64,000 nt of DNA, from assembly GCA_004431415.1 (NCBI GenBank), contig QPMI01000200.1, forward strand, positions 1 to 64,000. The letters are read 5' to 3'. Under the pieces are notes generated by a model. The model was not told where the DNA came from, made no database searches, and saw only the letters and a list, made by a program, of their open reading frames with translations. How positions within the stretch are numbered: the stretch's first letter is position 1; each line of letters opens with the position of its first letter. The position numbers and the translations under genes are program-made. Positions 24,919 to 33,813 of this stretch are shown here, piece by piece. The DNA comes from Cyanophora paradoxa CCMP329 (taxonomy: Eukaryota > Plantae > Glaucophyta).

Positions 24919-26812
24919 CTATTCAAGTGCTTGGAGCTCCTCGGTCTGCCGTTGTGTCGCCAGTCGGTCAATAAACTCATCCAGTGCTTCGCCAGAGAGT
25001 ACAGCCTGAGAAATTGGAAAAACGGTTCTGTAAATTGTCAGTGCAGAATCCAAAGAACCTGAGCACACACCTCAAGACCATGCTTGGTGAACGCGACCCT
25101 GTGGTCTGTCACCCGCCCCTGCTTTCGCTTTAGGACCTGTGCGGAGTGGCATTCTGTTGCAGATTTCATACCTGGGGAAAATTATATGTACGTATCCTTT
25201 CTGACCGATCGCCTGTTCCAATCTGCTTCTTGGAGTGAAGTTTCTACAAAAAGCAGAGCAAAAGTGAACCGCACCTGCAAACGACGTGCATCACGGCGCT
25301 CAGCTTCCAACTGTGTCCGTTGATGTTCATAGAGCCTTGAGCGCAAGATTGACATTGCTCGGGCACGATTCTAAACGCTCCCAAACATTAGATCGTACAG
25401 AGAATTAACAGCAGTTCGAAGTTGGTGTTGCACACCCGGTGCTGAGAACGATCCTCCTGGATGGCCACCACGATTCCCGTGGGTACATGGGTCACACGCA
25501 CAGCACTCTCAGTTTTATTGACGGATTGTCCACCGGCACCACTGCTGCGGAAAACATCGATTCTGAGGTCTCGTTCGTCGATCTTGACGTCCACCTGCAT
25601 GGGATTGCAGAGCCCTAAGCCTTGCCCTGAGAAAACTCTTCAACAGCGCAACACTCTGCACCTCTTCGGCTTCAGGCAGAACCGCAACAGTCACAGTGCT
25701 GGTGTGGACGCGGCCCTGGCTCTCGGTATCAGGTACCCGCTGGACTCGGTGTGTCCCTGATTCAAAACGTAGTCTCCCGAAAACCCCTGGCCCTCGCACG
25801 GAAGCTGTGGCCTCCTAAATGGGTGGCTCAGAACCTCGAATAAAATCTGGGGAGAAAAGAAAATAACCCGGTAGCCTCCAAGATCCGTTGTTGATTCGGA
25901 CATGACCTCGAATCGCCATCCTTGGAGTGCAGCATACTTCTGGTACATCTGGAAAAGTTCTTGGGCGAAGAGTGCTGCCTCATCCCCGCCTGTTCCTGCG
26001 AGGCCGTCGGCTTGAAGCAGGTTTGCTCAATTTCCACGGTGCGCACCAGCTCGAACCTCGATGATCGCACTTTTTTCATCTGCGTCGTCCTTTGGGATAA
26101 GAGCCTGCAGCAGCGCAGCCTCGGTGGCAGAAATCTGCCCTTCACACGAGTTCGCTTCTTCCTCCGCCATTGATCGGAGCTCAGCATCACCCTTGACATC
26201 TGCTGCCATAGCCTGCAAATCAACGAGCTCCTGCTGGTGAAAGGACTGCCTCAGCATTTGGCAAAAAAGTATAAAATTGCTAAAAGCTGTGCGCCTTCAT
26301 CCGGTTGTTAAGAGCGTCCTGTAGCACCACAACCTCCTCGAGCTCGGCTATTTCTTTCCGCAACGAAATGTAACGAGCACCGCCATAGTCGACCTCGCAA
26401 CTGAGTTAGGTCGCGTCGTGGCGAGATCCTCCGCCCACGCACTTCGGCATCGACCGCTGACGTTAACTCGCCATGTCGCTTAACGATTGCTTCGATGCGC
26501 TTCCGTACACCGTCTGAGAGGCTTGAGCGCCGCGCCGGCGCCGGCTGATCCACTGGGCGGAATTGGCAGCTGAGGCGTATCCTTAGGCGCGCCCCTTGCA
26601 CCTATTGGAATCGCGCGTGATGAGGAGCACCGGCTCGCGATGCCTGTCGCTGGTGCAAGCGCCAGCGTGCGCTGCCCGCCTCGCAGACGATGCCAGAACA
26701 GCAGCGAACATCCACCTCGACGCGCTTCCAAGGCGCTGGCAAGCTGCGTGCATGCGCCCGCTCGCGTGCATGCCCGCGCGCTGCCTGCACGTAGAGCAAA
26801 GCTTCGGAGCAT
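24919..26812 (-). CDS. prfA: Peptide chain release factor 1, mitochondrial-type, multi-exon
   Basis: Arg-rich presequence [40 protein letters not shown] (PxT motif), [16 protein letters not shown] (GGQ motif). Confidence 0.92.
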
Positions 26813-26988
26813 AATCCTTGCGTTTGCCGCACGCTGGCGGCGCTTGGATTGGCGGCTACGGCCCGCCCGCGGGGACGAGAGAACAGAGCTTTCAGGATTC
26901 GAACCCGTGGCGTCACCTATCAAAGCGTCGACGCACAACCTAAACGAAATTTAAAGCGCGAAAGGAGCGGGCGTGCCCACCGTGTCAG

Positions 26989-27710
26989 ATGGCGCTCCAG
27001 CAGCTGCAGCGCGCAAATTCCGGTCCGGTTGACATGCAGGAACTTGCGGCTGGAGTCAAAACCGCGTGGGCGGCCACCGTAGCCGGCGCGAGCGCAGCCT
27101 GGACCGCAACAAAGAACTGGTACAACTCCGAATCGGGACAAGCTGCCGTGCAGAAGGTGAAGACGGGGTGCTTCGCAGTGAAAGAGGTGTGTCCTTGATA
27201 AGAAATGAATGAGTTACGGCCGGGCGCGGTCCGATTCAGCTGCAGTCTGATGTTGCAGCCCGCAGAGAGTGGTTTCTGCTAGCGAGGCAGCTGGGCGCGA
27301 GCTGGACTCATCAGCCGTGCTCCAGCACAAATCACGAGAGCTGGCAGTCCTTGTTCGGACTATTCGTGCGCTGTTTCTCGTCGCAACGTCCGTTGTCCTT
27401 ACGTGCTACACCAGCCCTCGAGCTTACACGGAGAGCACCTGTGATGGCAAAAATCGAGGAGGCGCGTGCACTTCTTTTCGAAACAGACAAATGGCTGGGC
27501 TCGGATACGGAGCGTACGATCCTCCTCCCGGTGACCAGCTTCTTCAGGTGCCTGCAGATAGTTTTTTCTGCAGTCCAGATATCGTGTGAGTCATATCTGA
27601 AATGCAGAAAGCTCGTTCTCAACGGAGATCAGGCCGAACGCTTCGCAACTCTCATCACGAGAATTGACCGCTGTATGCTGGACATCCGTGGAATGCTCGG
27701 GAGCTCCTGA
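26989..27710 (+). CDS. Hypothetical protein, multi-exon
   Basis: ATG at 26989 with plausible GT-AG introns joining to ...RCMLDIRGMLGSS*. A diverged copy at 31.2 kb differs mostly at synonymous sites and is joined exactly across intron 27548-27607, which supports both coding status and the intron. Confidence 0.75.
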
Positions 27711-27738
27711 GAAGTTTGCATACTGGACATCCGCGGGA

Positions 27739-28745
27739 TGCGTTCAGCGTAGACAGAGCTAGCTAGCTCTGTACTACGCCTGTCTGGGCTACGCATAGGA
27801 AGGTGCGGCCCTCACCGTTGCCGGCCCGGCCGTTGCCCCCCCGAGGCCCGTAAGGGGAGTAACGCTCCACCCCCGCACGGCCTAGGCCGCGCGCGTGTCG
27901 TGTGCAGCATCGCGTCGTCGTTCTTGGGCGGTGGGAGTTCCTGCAGGCCAGGCGGGGCCGGGACCCGTCGGTAGCCTGCGCTGCGGGTGGCGGCGCACGC
28001 GCGGAGGGGGGTCAGATCGAAATTGAAGCGCCCTGAATTCGAAATCGAAATCGAAATCAAAGGCGCGCACTCGGGGAAAGTGCGAAAGCGCGATCCCTCC
28101 CTGGTCGATTCTGCAGGTCGGCGGAAGCGCGCAGAAGGGGGTCGACGTCAGACAGCGCACGGGAAATCGGGGTTAAGACAGCGCGGCGGGGCGGGCACCC
28201 AGGGGTTCCAATCGATATCCACGCTCCGCGAGGGTAGATTGACGGGCCTCCCAGTGCGAGTGCCTGCACGCGCAGGGTTAAAAATTTACCCGAGGGCACC
28301 CCAACACGGGCGGCGCGCTGGTTCGGCGCGGACTTGCAGCTGGGCGCGCTCGGCCTCGTCGACGTCGGGGAGAAAGTCCAACTTTCGTCCAACTTTCGTC
28401 CAATTTCCGTCCAACTGGTACTTTCGTCCAACTTTCGTCCAACTTTCAGTTTTCGTCGACCGTCGGACGTCCAACCCGTGATCGTAATCGATATCGATAT
28501 CGCAGATCAAGGGAACGCGTACGCGTATACGTACGCCCACTAGCTAATCGTAATCGCAGATCAACAATTGCAAAGCTAAGACGCCCTAATTACGATCGTA
28601 TACGTAATCGCAGATCAAGGACGCCCCAATCGTAATCGCAGATCAAAGCTAAGACGCCCTAATTACGAAGAAGAAGAGTATGTATAAGACACGCCCAAGC
28701 CAGCCGTACGGGTAACGTTAACGAACGTTGATTCGTTAACGTTCG
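27739..28745. mobile_element. Repeat family A, copy A4 (longest, about 1 kb)
   Basis: Fixed end 28 bp after the upstream stop. Full GC-rich body shared with A6, (ctttcgtccaa)n at about 28377-28475, aatcgtaatcgcagatcaag modules, aacgttaacg. Confidence 0.87.
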
Positions 28746-28772
28746 CCCAAACAGGGGTACACAATACCGAAA

Positions 28773-30612
28773 ATGGGCCCGAAGCTTGACCCCAAGGACT
28801 TCATCTTCTCGAAGCAGAAGGGTCAGACCTTGATCAAGAAGCCCGGGAGCATCGATGGGTGTGCCGGCGCCGTGCGCGGCGCGCGCGTATCGTTGCATCC
28901 TTTGACCCCACCGAAGGCAGCAGTTCATCATCGAGGATCTCGAAGACTGCGAGGTCTACTTGTTGGACTGGTCGGCCCAGGTCTCCGTCGACTGCTGCAA
29001 AAACTGCCGCTTCTTCATTGGTCCGTCGGCGTCCCGCACGGCACCCACGACGCGTCCGACCGGCCCCCGTGCGCTCACAGGTCCTGTCGAGGGGTCCATC
29101 TTCTTCCGCAACTGCGACGACTGTGTCATAACCGTTGCATGGTCGGCCTTTCCAGACAAGCAGCCGCCCTTTTCTAATCCGTTGCCGTCACAGCGCTCAG
29201 TTCAGGACCAGGGAGTGCAACCGATGTACGTTGACCTTGTCGGGGTCGCGTGCCCCTACGGTTGACAGCTTTCTGAGCCGGCTGCGCAGGCGATGTCTTC
29301 CTCTTCGCGGGCACGGAGCCGGTCGTCGAGGCATCTTCGAGCATGCGATTTGCGCCATGGTGTGCTGTCTTTCGCGTGTTCGGTTGTTTGCTGCTAACGC
29401 CCACCCCTCGCAGGAACGGGGCTTACCCATGCGCGTCTGCGCACTTTGCCGCCGCAAAGCTGAACCCGGCCGACAACCGATACGCGGCCGTGTTCGACTT
29501 CAACAAAGACGACGACTCCATCCCCATGCCCCACTGGGCCCTGATGCCCGCGGATGAATTCAAGGTTCGACCCGCATCTAATCCGACGCTCGACCACTTC
29601 CTGACAGTTCTTAGCCTGCCGAAGTTCCCCTCGACGGCGAATTCGGTCCTGTTGAGAACCCTGTCTCCGAGGCGCCTGCGTCTGGCGCGCCTGCGGTGCG
29701 ATCCCCTCTTTTAGCTGTCGGCCCGTACTGAGCGAGTTTTCAGGCAACGAGCGCGGACGGCGGCATGATGAGCTTTGATCTTTCTATGTCGCAAGCGGAG
29801 GTGCCGTTCTGCGTGTCGCATTTCGTTTCGAAGCGCGAAATCCGAACCCCCTGCAGGCCGAGGCGATCCTTGCGGAGAGGGACGAGGTAGGGTCCTGTTG
29901 CTTTCCATTGCAAGATTCCACTGAATGATGTGTCGCCCCGCACAGGCTCCGAGCGTCTTCAATGCTCCAGCTGCTGCCAACCCGGTATTCCCCCCCCCCC
30001 CACACACACACACACACACACACACCCTTCTTGCGACCCCAGGGCTCACATTGCAGGCAGGCAGCACCAATCCCCCTTTCGTCGCCATCCTTCTCGAACT
30101 CTGTTCCCATGCCGCCCGTTCACACTGGCCCTGTGCGCCCCACCACCCTGGGTTCTGAGATGCTGTGCCCAACGAGCTCCTTGCAGACGGACAAGGACCG
30201 AGCGGAGGAGGCGGAGAAGGCTCAGCGCAGGTGATTGATACGCCCCGTTGTGCCGCCGCGAGTGCTCATGGTGTTGCAGGAACAAAGGCGAAGAAGAGCT
30301 TCGCAACGCGCGTGCCAGCTGGGAGGACAAGGCTGGCAAGCTCCGCGAGTCACACAAGTGCTTTTTTTTCCGCGATGTCTCTTTGCTCCCAACCGATGCC
30401 CCCATAGGAAGGCGGATCCTGGTCGTTTCGCATCGTACAGCTTTGTACCTCTGCCAAACAAGTGGGAATCTATTTGTGCCCTCATCGACAGTGTCGGTGC
30501 CTCTGGAAAGGCCAAGGAGGGCGAAAAATCGAAGGAAGTGGAGGGCAAGCGTGACGCCTCCCGCCTCCGCTCCCTCCTTCTGAGTCTCAAGCACAACCCG
30601 GCCCGCATCTAG
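28773..30612 (+). CDS. RP2: RP2/XRP2-like TBCC-domain protein with a C-terminal clathrin-light-chain-like domain
   Basis: MGPKLDPKDFIFSK..PGSIDGQQFIIEDLEDCEVYLLD..FIGPVEGSIFFRNC..QFRTREC (TBCC catalytic Arg). C-terminus NKWESICALID...RDASRLRSLLLSLKHNP. Confidence 0.85.
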
Positions 30613-30790
30613 TTAATTTTGAGTACTCAATCAGCATTTGGACAGCGCTGGAGCCTCAAATCAAATCGCAGTCCATTCTTGACTGGACAAATTCGTCGAT
30701 GCTAGAGTCATGACAAATTCGTCGATGCTAGATTTTGAGCTTACGAGCTTGAGATTTTCAAAACTGAAGTGGCCAGTGTGGGATGTTACC

Positions 30791-31188
30791 TGCGTTCAGC
30801 GTAGACAGAGCTAGCTAGCTGTGTACTACGCCTGTCTGGGCTACGTGTAGGAAGGTGCGGCCCTCGCCGTTGCCGGCCCGGCCGTTGCCCCCCGAGGCCC
30901 GTAAGGGGAGTAACGCTCCACCCCCGCACGGCCTAGGCCGCGCGCGTGTCGTGCGCAGCATCGCGTCGTCGTTCTTGGGCGGTGGGAGTTCCTGCAGGCC
31001 AGGCGGGGCCGGGACCCGTCGGTAGCCTGCGGGGCCGAGACAACGCACGCGCGGAGGGGGGTCAGATCGGAATTGAAGCGCACTGAAATCGAAATCGAAA
31101 TCGAAGGCGCGCACTCGGGGAAAGCGCGAAAGCGCGATCCCTCCCTGGTCGATTCTGCAGGTCGGCGGAAGCGCGCACGAGGGGGGTC
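30791..31188. mobile_element. Repeat family A, copy A5
   Basis: Fixed end tgcgttcagcg at 30791. Body truncated at about 31188 and fused to captured fragments. Confidence 0.87.
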
Positions 31189-31383
31189 AATCGAGGAGGC
31201 GCGCGCACTTCTTTTCGAAACAGACAAGTTGCTGGGCTCGGATACGGGGCGCACAATCCTTTTGCCGGTGACCAGCTTCTTCAGAAAGCTCGTTCTCAAC
31301 GGAGATCGTCCGAAGCGCACAGCCATGCGCTTCAGCGATTCCACAATGCCCTCGAAGACAACCTGCGCATGCATTAAGTGCCG
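31189..31383 (+). pseudogene. Captured fragments: intronless copy of the 27-kb gene plus an IF2 fragment (34082-34151)
   Basis: 31189-31314 corresponds to about 27452-27637 minus intron 27548-27607. 31314-31383 matches 34082-34151. Confidence 0.93.
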
Positions 31384-31915
31384 ATGTTACCTGCGGCGCC
31401 ATCGCTGCGGGCGCAGCCCATTATAATTAGCAAGCTGGCTCCCGTAGTCTTTGAGCAGTGGCGCAAAACCTTGAAGGATCAGATGATCAGCCATGCAGGA
31501 TCGAACCTCAAATCAAATCTATAATATTAATATAAGGGCGTCTTAACTTAAAGTTGGCCCGGGCCTGGACCATGGGCGCCGGCCTTGAATTCGAAGGTTG
31601 TACATATATATTGTACCCCCCGTGCAGACCGGTACGGGGGTCACCAGGCGGGCCTGCGAGGCGTGCAATATCCGCGTACACGAGGCTTTAACGTGACAGC
31701 CAGCAAGGTGCGAGGTTTGCGACATCTGCGTACGCGAGGCTTCACCGTACGGCCAGGCGACAGGCTCGAGCCTACATTCTTCAAGCCTGCGGCGGTCAGT
31801 GCGTCTCAGTAGCGCCCTAGTCCGCGACCTGACGAAGGCGCCAGACTTCAGCGACTTCAGCGACTTCAGAGCCTGCGCGTCAGTCTAGACCACGTACACG
31901 CTGCAAGTCGCGCAA

Positions 31916-33207
31916 ATGCTGCTACGTCTAGCGCAAGAGAAAATCCGCGGGCTGGGCCGCTTCTCAGCGCAGCCCGTCGCTTTACCAAGCAGCCCCTCTC
32001 CTGCGGAGCTGTGGACTGCCGTCTCTCGCAGTGACGTTCCTAGGATCGAAGAGCTTCTGTCCCAAAAGGTCGATTTGCTCGCCGCGAACTCCGATGGCTT
32101 TACAGCGCTGCATCTGGCTAGCCAATCCGGTAATGTTCAGGTTCCCAATTTCCTTCGAATTCGAAGTCTTGGTGCTGCATCTGGCCAGCCAATCCGGTAA
32201 TGTTCAGGTTCCTTCGCGTAGGTCACCTCGATGCTGCTTCGGGCAAAACCCGAGCTTGTCAAGCTAAAAAATGTGCATGGTGACACTGCATTGATTATAG
32301 CGTGCAAACAGGGCCATCTGAAGATAGGTGCTCATCTTGCCCTCCATCTTTTTCCGCTTGTAATCTTTTTTCTTTTTCCCCATGCAGCGGAAATGATTCT
32401 TCAGAAGGGGGGCGACCCAAATGCAAGTAACAATTTTAGATCGACGGCTCTCCATGAGGCAGCCCGTAAAGGAGACCACGACATATGCGAGCTGCTGTTG
32501 AACTCCAAAGCCAACCCTCTATTCCCTGACTGTGCGTCTGCTTCGTGGAGCCAGCACACTGTAAAGCCTCACTGTGCCCTTCAGATTTAGGAAACACGCC
32601 GGCCGCGCTGGCGGCCGACGGGGGCCATCTGAAGCTGGTCGAGTTCCTCCTGAAGGCCGACCACACCACTGTCAACGTCAAGAACGCCCTTGGAAACACC
32701 ATCATGCATGTGCGCCCCCAAACCTTGTATTTGGATCTGGACTAGCTGAGGTTCGGGGCAGTTCGCTGCACAGCATGGGTCGGTGGACTTGATGCGGCTG
32801 CTTTTGAGCATTGGGGCATCAGCGGGCGTGAAGAACAACAGGGGCAACACCCCGCTCCACCGCACGTGCCTTTTCTAGCTCCAGAGGCTGGCCACCATCG
32901 ATGCATATGCACAGGGGCAGCGCTCTTTGGGCACGTCGAGGCGGCTAAGGTCCTCCTCGGCGCAAACGCTGACCCCCACACTCAGAACCGTTTGCGACCT
33001 CAACTCTTGCGCTGTGTTAATTCTGACCGCATGGTGCAGAGTTCGAGGAGACCCCGATCGCCCTCGCCATTGAGTACAAGCACCCCGAGGTGCTCCTCCG
33101 TTGGTTTGAAATGCAGGCAGCTGCCCACAAAGTCGCAGGTCGCCGAGCTCCTGCTTAAGTCGTCGAGAAACCTGGCTGCTGCTTCAGAACGAAGCATTCA
33201 TCATTGA
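31916..33207 (+). CDS. Ankyrin repeat protein, multi-exon
   Basis: Repeats GFTALHLASQSGN, GDTALIIACKQGH, STALHEAARKGD, GNTPAALAADGGH, GNTIMH, GNTPLH. Confidence 0.88.
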
Positions 33208-33813
33208 TGAGCAAGTGGACATCCTCAGAAACGGCCCCGGCGGGGGCGGGGGTGGGGGCTTTAGCTTTGATTTGGATCTGAGGCTGGGCTTTCGATTTGG
33301 ATCTTTGATTTTGACTCCACGCTCCTTCTCCCCATCCCCATCCCCCCCCTCTCTCCCCCCCCCCCCCCCCCCCATCCCCCCCACATCGATATCCCTGTCC
33401 CTGCTCGCCCCCCCCCCCCCCCCCCTCCCTCTGCCCCTTCCCGACCCTCCCCCTCTCCCCCTCGCTTGTGCTGCGTACACCCCGTTGATTTGCAATTGGA
33501 GACTCTCGAAAGTTGTGGTTTCAGGCGCTGGAGAGGCTTTCCAATTGATTGATTCAGGCGTTCAGGGGCCATCTGAATACTTCTTCTCTTGGCACGAGCA
33601 TTTGATTCTGAACGGTGGCGTGGTCTGATTCAGCTTGGGAGACATCAAGAGCTCCGCTTTCGAGCTGCCGCTTCCGCATACGACCACCCGCTGATTAGCT
33701 AAGCACTCTAATCAAAGTCCAACCCTCCCGTCAAACCTCCGGGATCCAACCTGAAATTGGGGATCCAATTACCTGAAATCCAACCTGAAATTGAATCGAA
33801 ATCAAAGACTACC

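Noticed and set aside
28035-28043. gaa-ttc-gaa as a 6-bp footprint
   Set aside because: Equally explained by one substitution in the (gaaatc)n run, so it was not counted.
27812-28543. Recurrent ORFs such as ...PPPKNDDAMLHTTRARP... in family-A copies as a transposase or protein family
   Set aside because: Frames differ between copies, indels are frequent and there are no catalytic motifs. These are chance ORFs in a GC-rich repeat.
30791-31383. Family A as a SINE/LINE with reverse-transcriptase template switching
   Set aside because: No poly-A or simple tail, captured pieces come in both orientations and most retain intron sequence. Not fully excluded.
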